Part shown: piece after piece, positions 9,616 to 18,452 of the stretch
How the letters are laid out: each line of letters opens with the position of its first letter
How positions within the stretch are numbered: position 1 is the stretch's first letter
Assembly (NCBI GenBank): GCA_052389415.1
Contig: JBQTHX010000014.1
Span: 61,363 to 93,362, forward strand
DNA: 32,000 nt
Origin: Nitrosopumilaceae archaeon
Lineage (GTDB): Archaea; Thermoproteota; Nitrososphaeria; Nitrososphaerales; Nitrosopumilaceae
Reading direction: 5' to 3'
The notes under the pieces: model-generated
The model's database searches: none
What the model was told of the DNA's origin: nothing
The model's input: only the letters and a program-made list of their open reading frames with translations
Made by a program: the position numbers and the translations under genes

Positions 9616-10371
9616 TTATTTTCTTTCAATAAATGCTTTCATTCTTTCTTCTCTATCTTTTGTTGAAAAGCATAAGGACCAAGAATAAATTTCAAGTTTT
9701 AAACCAGTATCAAGATTTGCGTCATTACCTCGATTGACAAGCATTTTTGCTTTACCAATAGCAAAATTACTGTTTTTTGAAATATTTTTTGCATACAATT
9801 CAACTTCTGTGAGTAATTTTTCGGCGGGAACTATTTTATTTATCAGCCCCATAGAAAGTGCTTCTTCAGCTGAGATTTTTCTTCCCGTAAAGATCAGATC
9901 TTTTGCTCTAGCGGGGCCTATAATTCGTAAGAGTCTTTGTGTACCACCCCATCCAGGGCATATTCCAATTGCAACCTCTGGTTGACCAAGTTGTGCATTT
10001 GACGAAGCAAATCTAAGATCACATGCAAGAGCAAGTTCACATCCACCTCCAAGGGCATAGCCATTTATTGCCGCTATCACAGGTTTTTCAATACTCTCTA
10101 TTTTGTTTAAAACCTCATGTCCACGCAAGGCGTATTTTTCTGCCTCTACTGATCCAATTTTACTCATGTATTCTATATCGGCACCTGCACAAAATGCCTT
10201 GTGACCAGCACCAGTAATTACGATCACTTTGGAGGAGTCATTTTCGATCCTTTCAAGGACAGTAAATAATTCGTCCATTAATGCAAAATTCATAGCATTA
10301 AGTTTGTCAGGTCTGTTAATTGTGATTAGAGTAAGTTCCTCGTCCTCATCGACTTGAAGATATTGCAACAT
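9616..10371 (-). CDS. Enoyl-CoA hydratase / crotonase-fold enzyme
   Basis: 251 aa with FCAGADI and INGYALGGGCELALACD, the oxyanion-hole segments of the crotonase superfamily. Confidence 0.85.
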   Translation of the reverse strand: MLQYLQVDEDEELTLITINRPDKLNAMNFALMDELFTVLERIENDSSKVIVITGAGHKAFCAGADIEYMSKIGSVEAEKYALRGHEVLNKIESIEKPVIAAINGYALGGGCELALACDLRFASSNAQLGQPEVAIGICPGWGGTQRLLRIIGPARAKDLIFTGRKISAEEALSMGLINKIVPAEKLLTEVELYAKNISKNSNFAIGKAKMLVNRGNDANLDTGLKLEIYSWSLCFSTKDREERMKAFIERK

Positions 10372-10460
10372 TGAAAGAGACTATTTCTAGAAATTAAACT
10401 TTACAGAGTTTTGACCATGAACGAAACTGAGTTATATTACACAATTTACAAAGGAGCTGT

Positions 10461-11285
10461 TTGACTGATCTAGGCTTGGTTTTTGCTGTATTTGCAGCAA
10501 TAAGTTGGGGGACTTTTTTTGTTCCAGTAAGAAAAGTTGGTATAAAAAATATTTACCAGTTACAAGGTGCTACTTCAATAGGCGTATTACTTTTTTCTAT
10601 TCCAGTAGGAAGTTTTTGGGGTTTTGAGATTCAGCTTGGTGGTCTTGCATCAGGTGTCATATGGACTATAGCAAACTTACTTGCTCTTTTCTCTGTAAAA
10701 TTAATTGGTCTAGCAAGAACATCTCCACTTCTTGCAGGTGCTGGCATTATTTCCTCATTTGTGTGGGGAACTGTCTTTTTTAGTGAAACTTTTGATTCCT
10801 TAATTCTTGCACTAACTGCGATAGGGTTACTATTGATTGGATTACAACTTGTAGTAAATGGAGAGAAAGGTTCTATACAAAAAAGAGGTTATTTTGTAGC
10901 TCTTGCTGCTGGTTTGATTGGTGGTACTTACATTATTCCTATGCAAGCAACACAAACCCTTCAATCTGGTTTTTTTTCGTCCAGTCTCTCTATTTTTGTA
11001 ATTGGTATATTGTTATTCTTGTTTGCGCGAAGATTCATTAAAAAAGAAACAGTTGCAGGAATAATTTCTGGAAGTCTTTTCAATCTTGGAAATCTTGCAG
11101 TATTAATTTCAGTAGGTCTAATAGGTATAACAATAGCATTTCCAATTTCCCAAACTGCTACTCTTTTTGCTGTGTCATGGGGAATGTTTTACTTTAAAGA
11201 AGTTATTTGCAAACGGGCAATTATGCGTGTTTCTCTAGGTGCTTTAGTAATATTATCTGGTTCTGCTCTTCTTGCTATTGCTTAA
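10461..11285 (+). CDS. Polytopic membrane transporter, DMT/EamA-like
   Basis: 274 aa, about 9-10 hydrophobic helices, TTG start. The family assignment rests on architecture only. Confidence 0.5.
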   Translation: MTDLGLVFAVFAAISWGTFFVPVRKVGIKNIYQLQGATSIGVLLFSIPVGSFWGFEIQLGGLASGVIWTIANLLALFSVKLIGLARTSPLLAGAGIISSFVWGTVFFSETFDSLILALTAIGLLLIGLQLVVNGEKGSIQKRGYFVALAAGLIGGTYIIPMQATQTLQSGFFSSSLSIFVIGILLFLFARRFIKKETVAGIISGSLFNLGNLAVLISVGLIGITIAFPISQTATLFAVSWGMFYFKEVICKRAIMRVSLGALVILSGSALLAIA

Positions 11286-11318
11286 GCAATTTATTTGGCT
11301 TGAAAGAAAACAGTTGAA

Positions 11319-11996
11319 TTGAAAAAAGCAGTACTAGTTTTCAGTGGCGGTTTGGATTCTGTTTGTGCAGCTGCATATCTACGATCAAAATACGAAATCT
11401 ATGGAATTACTTTTTCATATGGTCAGAGAACGAGTCAAGAAATTAGAGCCGCTAAACATTTTGCAAAAATTTTGCATATGAAAGAACATGAAATTATTGA
11501 TATACGATTCATGAAAAAACTTTATGCAAAAACAAATGCACTTACTTATTCTAAGATAGATCTTCCAAAGAAATTTGATTATTCTATAGTTGTACCAATA
11601 CGAAATGCAGTTTTTCTCTCTATTGCTTCTGCCTGGGCTTTTTCTATTGGTGCCACAGTAGTTGCCTATGGAGCACATAAAGATGATAAACGATATCCTG
11701 ATTGTAGACCAGAATTTTCACAAAAGTTGGAGAAGGCATTTAATTCTGGTGAGAAAGATGGAATACAGTTGGATATAAGAAAGAAGATTACAATTTGGAG
11801 TCCCTATAAAGTAGGATTTTCAAAAAGCTATTTGCTAAAAATTGGCTACAAAGACTTGCAGGATGATTTGTTTGATACGTGGAGTTGTTATTCAAATACA
11901 AAGATTCATTGTGGAAGATGCGAATCTTGTAATAATAGAAAGCTTGCTTTTGATGAAGCTATGATAAATGATGAGACTAGGTATGGAACTCCTTAG
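11319..11996 (+). CDS. queC: 7-cyano-7-deazaguanine (preQ0) synthase
   Basis: PP-loop VLVFSGGLDS near the N-terminus and the C-terminal zinc cluster CYSNTKIHCGRCESCNNR. The TTG start is forced by an in-frame TGA at 11301-11303. Confidence 0.88.
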   Translation: MKKAVLVFSGGLDSVCAAAYLRSKYEIYGITFSYGQRTSQEIRAAKHFAKILHMKEHEIIDIRFMKKLYAKTNALTYSKIDLPKKFDYSIVVPIRNAVFLSIASAWAFSIGATVVAYGAHKDDKRYPDCRPEFSQKLEKAFNSGEKDGIQLDIRKKITIWSPYKVGFSKSYLLKIGYKDLQDDLFDTWSCYSNTKIHCGRCESCNNRKLAFDEAMINDETRYGTP

Positions 11997-12244
11997 ATTT
12001 TGAGGATTGGTTTTTTGAGAACAAGAGTTCTAATTGGCATGTAATAAACAAGGAACACTCCCCCAACTATGCCCCAGAATATCCAATTAGTCATTTGTTC
12101 ATTAAATCCTATTTCTACAAAGTAATTGATTGAGTTCATAGCAATTCCTACTGAAATTCCAACAACGATAAAGAATTCTATGGCATACCATAAAAATTTA
12201 GGAAATGATTCTTCAGGTACATGTACATTATTGTGTACGCCCAT
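11993..12244 (-). CDS. Small membrane protein (two predicted TM helices)
   Basis: 83 aa with two hydrophobic segments (FFIVVGISVGIAM, WIFWGIVGGVFLVYY). It sits between queC and folE. Confidence 0.45.
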   Translation of the reverse strand: MGVHNNVHVPEESFPKFLWYAIEFFIVVGISVGIAMNSINYFVEIGFNEQMTNWIFWGIVGGVFLVYYMPIRTLVLKKPILKI

Positions 12245-12286
12245 ATCAGTCGTGGTTTAGATGTTATTATTTAGTTTTATCAAGTG

Positions 12287-12847
12287 TTAGATTATTTTTG
12301 TCTCAGAGCTATCATTACGAATAAGTGCGATGATATCTGTTCTGGCTTCCTTTTTTTCATAGATTCCTCTGTATGCAATAGAAGTTACTTTAGCATCATT
12401 TCTAACTCCACGCATTCTCATACAAAGATGTTCGCCTTCTGCTATTACTATAACTCCTTTTACACCTTCAGAGTACAATTCATCAGCAATGTTTTTTGTT
12501 ATTCTTTCTTGGATTTGTAGTCTTGCCGAATACTTTTCTACAAGCCTTACTAGTTTTGAAATACCGAAAACTTTACCATTTGGAGAATATGCGATAGCAA
12601 CTTTTCCAAAGAATGGTAACATGTGATGTTCGCACATTGAATAGAATTGGATGTCCTTTGCCATGACAACATCGGAATCTTCAGAAAATTTAACAGATAA
12701 TTCTGATTCTGCCACATAGCCTTTGAAGATTTCTTCATACATGTTTGCTATTCTCTCTGGTGTATCAATCAGGCCCTCTCGATAAGGATCTTCTCCTATC
12801 TCGGCAATTAACTCTCTAATTAGTCTCTTAACTCTATTTTTGTCCAT
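12287..12847 (-). CDS. folE: GTP cyclohydrolase I (type IA)
   Basis: SMCEHHMLPFFGK and GISKLVRLVE...RLQIQERIT are signature segments of FolE. Its ATG overlaps the queE stop by 1 nt (TAATG). Confidence 0.9.
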   Translation of the reverse strand: MDKNRVKRLIRELIAEIGEDPYREGLIDTPERIANMYEEIFKGYVAESELSVKFSEDSDVVMAKDIQFYSMCEHHMLPFFGKVAIAYSPNGKVFGISKLVRLVEKYSARLQIQERITKNIADELYSEGVKGVIVIAEGEHLCMRMRGVRNDAKVTSIAYRGIYEKKEARTDIIALIRNDSSETKII

Positions 12848-13560
12848 TATGGTGCTCCTATGAATTTGTGAAGTTGTGGGATTATACGTACTTGATTATA
12901 ATAAGGATAAACAGTATCGTAAAAAGTTAAAAGCTGTTTCAAACTTGGCTCTGCAATTCCATAGCTTGGCTGTATTATAAATCCTGCAATTTGTGATTCT
13001 GAAACAATATTAAAAACTCTTTTTATTAGCTGCTTGAAAGGTTCAAGTTCAGTTTTAGAGCTGACAACAATTTTGATGTATGTAGTTTTATTATAATTGA
13101 GAGCATAGGAAAGACATTGTAATTCATTTTCTAGGAGATCAGGATAATGTTGAATATCTACAAAATCTGAATCAGGGGTCTTGAATTCAATCTTTATGTA
13201 ATCGAAATAAGGAAGTATTTCGGCAAATTTTTTTGAATCATAGCAAGATGATTCTATATAAGTTGGAATTTTTTTGGTCTGCACAAATTTTGCAAGTTCT
13301 GATACGGCTTTATGTTGTACTAGTGGATCACCACCGGTAAAATTTACTTTGTATGTGTTTTTTTCTAGGTTTTTTTCAATTAATTGGCATGCTTCATCAA
13401 TAGTATATTCATTTCCAGAATCCATTGGTAGAGAATCTGTTGTATCACAATAGAAACATTTGAACGGACATCCTGCAAGTCTTACAAAAAGGGTTTTAGT
13501 GCCATACAATATTCCTTCTCCTTCCACAGAAGTGAATATTTCAAAAAGTCTAACATTCAA
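12847..13560 (-). CDS. queE: 7-carboxy-7-deazaguanine synthase (radical SAM)
   Basis: N-terminal FTSVEGEG, the radical-SAM cluster GCPFKCFYCDT, and FTGGDPL. Confidence 0.85.
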   Translation of the reverse strand: MNVRLFEIFTSVEGEGILYGTKTLFVRLAGCPFKCFYCDTTDSLPMDSGNEYTIDEACQLIEKNLEKNTYKVNFTGGDPLVQHKAVSELAKFVQTKKIPTYIESSCYDSKKFAEILPYFDYIKIEFKTPDSDFVDIQHYPDLLENELQCLSYALNYNKTTYIKIVVSSKTELEPFKQLIKRVFNIVSESQIAGFIIQPSYGIAEPSLKQLLTFYDTVYPYYNQVRIIPQLHKFIGAP

Positions 13561-13613
13561 GTGTTCGATCTTTAATCTTTCAATATTTATTCAATTGGAT
13601 CTAACTGGAAGAA

Positions 13614-13811
13614 TTAGGTTGAGACTGTCTCTGTTTTTCTAGCGAACAATCCTGAAATGAATATAACAACCCCTAGAATTCCAATTAGACTTCCTACAAA
13701 TTCTATGGTGTCTTTGATATCAATTTGCGTTGGAGCTAATAAGATTGCAAGCATTGCGCCTACAACAATCATTGGAATGCCTATACATACAGAAATTTTT
13801 TTGGAAACCAT
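13614..13811 (-). CDS. Small membrane protein (two TM helices)
   Basis: 65 aa with two hydrophobic helices. It lies 75 bp downstream of the coiled-coil gene on the same strand. Confidence 0.45.
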   Translation of the reverse strand: MVSKKISVCIGIPMIVVGAMLAILLAPTQIDIKDTIEFVGSLIGILGVVIFISGLFARKTETVST

Positions 13812-13886
13812 GCTGAGTGTAGGTACAAAAAACGTATATGAAGTTTTTGGGTGTAGACTAGAATAAAACGATTTTTGTAAAAATTG

Positions 13887-15164
13887 TCATGATGTTATTT
13901 TTTGTATCATGAGAATTATTTTTTCAATCTCACTTAATGTATTGGATGCTTTATCAGTTGATTTATCAACTTCTAGTTTGGCAGTTTCAAGAAGAGAGAA
14001 ACCACGTTTTATCCATTTGATGGCAATCTCATTATCAGAAATTGTTTCAGATAGTTTGTTTAGTTTTTCTTCAAGAGTTTGAATTTTTGTTTTTATTCTT
14101 TCTAGTTTTGAGTCAGCATTATTTACTCTATTTGTCATGCTTGTTGTTTCCGAAGTCGAAGTATCTTCTGTTTCTCCAGTTAGTGCTTCCAAACCATTAA
14201 GGATCTCGTTTATTGAGCTAATTTTATGTAATGCATCTTTCAATTTGTTTTCTAAAACAAATTGTTTTAATTCCACAATCATATTATTTGCAGTTTTTAT
14301 CTTGATTTTGGAATCATCATCATGTAGGATTTCATTCAAATCTTCAATTTTTAACTCAAATTTATGAATAATATTGTTTAATCTGTTAATGGTTGAGGGT
14401 GGAATTTTTTCTTTAATTGTATTGATTTCTCTTGCATAGTCTCCTAATTTTTTCGGATCAGAGATCTTTTGAAGTTTTTCTTTTGCAATTTGAAGGTTAT
14501 CTATAATGTCCTGTGACAAATCAAGAGCCACTGCTTGAGAGATGAGTTTATCTAGATTTTCTATTTGTTTTGCAGCAAAATTTTTCGCTCTATCAGAGGT
14601 CCTTTGTTTTGCTACATCAGAAATAGAAGCATATGCTCCAATGATGAACTGCTTTGCTACTGCTAATGTTTGATTCACTTCATCAAGATTTCCTGATTCT
14701 AGATTTTGTTTTGCTATTTGTATTAGATTATCAAACTCTGTGAAGTCAATTTCAATATTGTTTTTTGTCGCTAGATTTTTAAGTCGATTGGCATCATTTT
14801 CGATCCTAATAATTGCAGTTTTTAATCTAGCTGTATCATCTTCAGTTGGTTGTGAAGTCTCAATTAGGTCACTTGCCTCTCGGAACAGTTTCATTGAAGT
14901 AAGAAAGTGTTGTTTTGCTAAAGCAACATCTGCGTTTAAAACTGATTTTTCAAGCTCGTCAGTTTCAGCAGAAGCTTGCTCATAGAGTGTACTGATTTCA
15001 TTTGGTACAGTCTCAAATTGAGATAGCCTGATCTTAATGTTATCTCTTGCCTGCATTGCAATTCTAAGTAAAGAATCAAGCTGTGCGTCTGCATAAACCT
15101 GTAATGGAGCAGCAACTATCATGCTTGCAACTAATGTTAGTAGAATTATGGCAAATGATTTCAT
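13887..15164 (-). CDS. Secreted all-helical coiled-coil protein
   Basis: I start at Met36 of the track ORF (MKSFAIILLTLVASMIVAAPLQVYA, signal-peptide-like). That ATG overlaps the upstream stop as ATGA at 15161-15164. The rest is about 400 aa of Leu/Ile/Glu/Lys heptad-like sequence with no further TM segment. Confidence 0.65.
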   Translation of the reverse strand: MKSFAIILLTLVASMIVAAPLQVYADAQLDSLLRIAMQARDNIKIRLSQFETVPNEISTLYEQASAETDELEKSVLNADVALAKQHFLTSMKLFREASDLIETSQPTEDDTARLKTAIIRIENDANRLKNLATKNNIEIDFTEFDNLIQIAKQNLESGNLDEVNQTLAVAKQFIIGAYASISDVAKQRTSDRAKNFAAKQIENLDKLISQAVALDLSQDIIDNLQIAKEKLQKISDPKKLGDYAREINTIKEKIPPSTINRLNNIIHKFELKIEDLNEILHDDDSKIKIKTANNMIVELKQFVLENKLKDALHKISSINEILNGLEALTGETEDTSTSETTSMTNRVNNADSKLERIKTKIQTLEEKLNKLSETISDNEIAIKWIKRGFSLLETAKLEVDKSTDKASNTLSEIEKIILMIQKITS

Positions 15165-16390
15165 TCCTGATTTTCCTCCAAAGTCTTTCGTAATTTTATA
15201 AGATTCTGTTGGTCTATTTTTTCTATTTCTATTATTCCTTCTCTTTCCAGTCTTTTTACTGCACGCCAAGTTGTTGTACGTGGGAGAAGGAATTTTTTTC
15301 GTAACTCACTTTCATAAACTTGACCGCCATTTTCAGAGATATATGATACCATGTCTTTGTCTTCTTGACGTAATTCTGGTTTGAGTCTGAATATCGTTTC
15401 TTTGTCTGCAGGCACAATTTTTTCATTCTTTGGTAATAGGTCAACAGTTTTTTTGATTGCAGATTTCGCTCTTTTTACAAAAAGTGAAATTGTGATTATT
15501 GCTCCTGCTACTGTACCAATTGTAGCTGCAGTTGTTACAATGGTACCTCCAATAGATGATAGTGGATTATTGTCTGGTTTTGGTTCGTCAATTAAGAGTG
15601 CTGTTTTCTGTTCTTGTACAGCAATGTTCTTTGCTTCATTTGCAAGCACCTCTGCGCTTGAGAATTTGTTTTCATTAAATGCAGAAACTGCTTCTTCAAG
15701 TTTAGCTGATGCAAGAGGTGTTTTAATTTCCTCCTCATTAATACTATAAATAAAATCTCGCGCTTTTTCTATTGCAAGAGTTGCAGTTTGTGTAGTACCT
15801 AAAACTCCAAATACATAGTTAATCTCAGCAGCTCCTTCAGGAAGTGAAATAAGCGATTGCTCATCAACTACTTGCATATTGAGTGGAAAAGCATTCATTC
15901 CTACAATTACAGTATTTTTTGGTAAGAGTACAGAATATTCATATGGTGTATCAATAGAAAACGACCAAATCTTTCCGTTTTTTGTAACTAAATCTGCGGT
16001 ATCATAATCGACTTTAACTTGAGAAGCTCCTAATGTCTCAATTACTACATTCTTACCATCAATCTGACTAGAAAGTAATAGGTCATTTTCATCCTGAGCT
16101 ATTAGATTATCAACACTAGTTCCAAAAAGTTTCATTGTGAAATCTGGCTCTAATGGATCTACTTCGGTAGAGAAAAAGACATGTGTAGTACCATCTGTAT
16201 CAATCGTAAAATCCAGAACCCTTGATACTCCAAAGGCATAGTGAGGTATGGATGCTATAGCTACTAATGTAAAACATACAGCTATCAGAGGAGCTCGAGC
16301 CATCATTGTCAGGATATTAGTAATCCTTACAAAAATCATTCTTTCTTGCCTTGCATACTCTACCTGGGCTACCTCTAGTTTTTGGTCCAT
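15161..16390 (-). CDS. Membrane-spanning protein: extracytoplasmic beta-rich domain, TM helix, C-terminal winged helix-turn-helix
   Basis: N-terminal hydrophobic segment ARAPLIAVCFTLVAIASI, about 260 aa of beta-rich plus helical ectodomain, then a second TM (IVTTAATIGTVAGAIITISLFV). It ends in a MarR-like wHTH: ISENGGQVYESELRKKFLLPRTTTWRAVKRLEREGIIEIEK. Confidence 0.65.
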   Translation of the reverse strand: MDQKLEVAQVEYARQERMIFVRITNILTMMARAPLIAVCFTLVAIASIPHYAFGVSRVLDFTIDTDGTTHVFFSTEVDPLEPDFTMKLFGTSVDNLIAQDENDLLLSSQIDGKNVVIETLGASQVKVDYDTADLVTKNGKIWSFSIDTPYEYSVLLPKNTVIVGMNAFPLNMQVVDEQSLISLPEGAAEINYVFGVLGTTQTATLAIEKARDFIYSINEEEIKTPLASAKLEEAVSAFNENKFSSAEVLANEAKNIAVQEQKTALLIDEPKPDNNPLSSIGGTIVTTAATIGTVAGAIITISLFVKRAKSAIKKTVDLLPKNEKIVPADKETIFRLKPELRQEDKDMVSYISENGGQVYESELRKKFLLPRTTTWRAVKRLEREGIIEIEKIDQQNLIKLRKTLEENQE

Positions 16391-16393
16391 TTT

Positions 16394-16681
16394 TTAATAC
16401 CTTAGATTCATTGCTTGGACGAGAGTCTGGAACTTTTGAAATTCTTGAAAGAATTTGATGCCTTTTTCAGTTATCACAAAGAGTCGGTTTCTGTTGTCTT
16501 TCATTGAATCTACTAATCCAGCTTCAATTAGTTTTTGGCACTTGTCAAGCACTGCATAATGTGACAAGTTTGCTCTTCTAGATATAGCAGATACAATCAC
16601 CCCTTGTGTACCACCGTCCATGGTTACACCCAAGATATCGGCAATTATGCCCATTTCTGATCTGTATTGTTGTTTTGACAT
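16394..16681 (-). CDS. Small winged-helix DNA-binding protein (HTH_45-like archaeal wHTH)
   Basis: 95 aa. IIADIL...VSAISRRANLSHYAVLDKCQKLIEAGLV...FVITEKGIKF is a typical stand-alone archaeal wHTH. Its stop is 3 nt from the next start. Confidence 0.65.
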   Translation of the reverse strand: MSKQQYRSEMGIIADILGVTMDGGTQGVIVSAISRRANLSHYAVLDKCQKLIEAGLVDSMKDNRNRLFVITEKGIKFFQEFQKFQTLVQAMNLRY

Positions 16682-16729
16682 GCTATGTTATAGGCTGGAT
16701 AGATAATGAGGGACGCCTTGAAACACCAC

Positions 16730-16750
16730 AGCGGAACGCCTAGCGGAACG
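16730..16750. promoter_or_regulatory. Direct repeat AGCGGAACG x2 (12-nt register) upstream of the wHTH operon
   Basis: AGCGGAACG occurs at 16730-16738 and 16742-16750. This is about 50-70 nt upstream of the ATG at 16681 and distal to a TATA-like ATTATCT (minus strand, 16701-16707). Confidence 0.3.
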
Positions 16751-16823
16751 GCTGTTCTTGAGGATGGAATGGTCAAAATTTAACAAACTACGAAGCGGGG
16801 GAGGTTATTTTTGCATCTCTAGA

Positions 16824-17810
16824 TTAAACAAATACATGAATGATTAAGGTACTAACAAAGGCTACTGCGGCACTGGCCGGTATAGTTATTATCCAGGCCC
16901 ATATGATTTTCTTTCCAATTCCCCATCTTACTGCAGAAACACGCTTTACCGCACCTGCTCCCATGATGGCTCCTGAAATTGCGTGAGTAGTACTTGCAGG
17001 AACTCCAAGATGAGCAAGAACAGCAAGAATGGAGGCTCCGCCTGTTTCTGCAGCAAAACCTTGGTATGGTTTAAGCTGTGTAATTTTTACAGCCATTGTT
17101 TTGACTATCCTCCATCCTCCCAAAAAAGTACCAAGACCGATTGCAGCTGCGGCAATAAGAACAACAAAGAAGGGTACCTCAAAACTAGTAATGATACCTT
17201 CTGTAAGTAGGATTAACGCGATTATTCCCATAGTCTTCTGACCATCATTTGCTCCATGGGTTAAGGAAAAATACGTAGAGGAAACAAGTTGCAGCCTGCC
17301 AAAGACTGAATTTACTGTGCTTGGTCGCCTTTTTGCAAATATAGTGATAAGCAGAGTGGCTAGTAGAAATGCTGTTACAAGACCTACTACAGGAGAAACG
17401 ATAATCCCAATGCCCACCTTTTCTAATCCACCCAAGATTATCGCATGCATTCCAGCCCCTGCAATTCCAGCCCCCAATATACCGCCTATTAGCGCATGAC
17501 TGCTTGATGATGGTAGACCTAGTAACCATGTAATTAGATTCCAGACTATTGCGCCAACAAGTGCTCCGATAACAATGTAAATTGTTACAAAGTCTGGGTT
17601 TATGATCCCCTTTCCTACCGTGGTTGCAACCGCAACCCCAAAAACAAATGGCCCCACAAAGTTGGCAATAGCTGCAAGGGTAACTGCTTGAAGAGGTCGT
17701 AATATTCTTGTACCTACTACAGTTGCAATGGAGTTTGCTGCATCGTGAAAACCATTGATAAAATCAAAAAATAATGCTACAAGAATAGCTCCTATAGCAA
17801 GTTCATACAT
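16824..17810 (-). CDS. pit: Inorganic phosphate transporter, PiT family
   Basis: 328 aa, polytopic, with the duplicated PiT signatures GFHDAANSIAT and HGANDGQKTMG. Confidence 0.88.
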   Translation of the reverse strand: MYELAIGAILVALFFDFINGFHDAANSIATVVGTRILRPLQAVTLAAIANFVGPFVFGVAVATTVGKGIINPDFVTIYIVIGALVGAIVWNLITWLLGLPSSSSHALIGGILGAGIAGAGMHAIILGGLEKVGIGIIVSPVVGLVTAFLLATLLITIFAKRRPSTVNSVFGRLQLVSSTYFSLTHGANDGQKTMGIIALILLTEGIITSFEVPFFVVLIAAAAIGLGTFLGGWRIVKTMAVKITQLKPYQGFAAETGGASILAVLAHLGVPASTTHAISGAIMGAGAVKRVSAVRWGIGKKIIWAWIITIPASAAVAFVSTLIIHVFV

Positions 17811-17819
17811 GATGAAAAC

Positions 17820-18452
17820 CTAAGTGTATTTTAGAACAATGTCTTCAATAGAGTCTGCCACATCTTGACACCTATCCGAGGTGGTTTCTAATGCGTCATA
17901 GATCTCTTTCATTTTTATTATTGTAATTACATCTTTTCCTTCAAATAATTCGCCAACAGCCCTGCGATGAATTTCATCAACTCTGTGCTCTGACTCGCTG
18001 ACGTTTCTGCAATGATCAATTATTGATTTGTCTGCTTTAACATTGTTTAATCGTGTAATCATAAAATTGACTTCTTTTGTTGCAACTGTGAGTTCCTTTG
18101 CCATTTCAAGCATATATGGCGGAGAGGTTGTTATTCTAAAATTAATAATTCTTCCAGATATTCCCTCGATATAGTCTAAAATATCGTCTGTTTTTGATGC
18201 AATTCTTGAAATGTCCTCTCTATCTAATGGAGTGATGAAAGTTTTGTTCAATTCTTCGAAAACAGAGTGTGTTAGCTTGTCTGCCTCTCTCTCCAGCTTC
18301 CTGATCTTGGCATGATTTTCCTCTAATTTATCAAAGTTGGCAAATAGATCAGCAAGTAGATTTGCCACCTCTTCTGCCTTGCAAGCAAGATCATTTAAGA
18401 TTCCGAGAATTTCTTTCTCATTGGACTTTAACCAAGACATCCATTGTGGCAT
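17820..18452 (-). CDS. DUF47 / PhoU-like phosphate transport accessory protein
   Basis: 210 aa, all helical. It lies directly upstream of pit on the same strand with a 9-nt gap, which is the usual DUF47-PiT pairing. Confidence 0.7.
   Translation of the reverse strand: MPQWMSWLKSNEKEILGILNDLACKAEEVANLLADLFANFDKLEENHAKIRKLEREADKLTHSVFEELNKTFITPLDREDISRIASKTDDILDYIEGISGRIINFRITTSPPYMLEMAKELTVATKEVNFMITRLNNVKADKSIIDHCRNVSESEHRVDEIHRRAVGELFEGKDVITIIKMKEIYDALETTSDRCQDVADSIEDIVLKYT

Noticed and set aside
15165-15269. A 35-codon N-terminal extension of the coiled-coil ORF (MACSKKTGKRRNNRNRKNRPTESYK...), as given in the ORF track.
   Set aside because: It lies entirely inside the 3' end of the upstream gene. 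The Met at 15164 begins a textbook signal peptide and forms an ATGA overlap with the upstream stop, so the shorter start is preferred.
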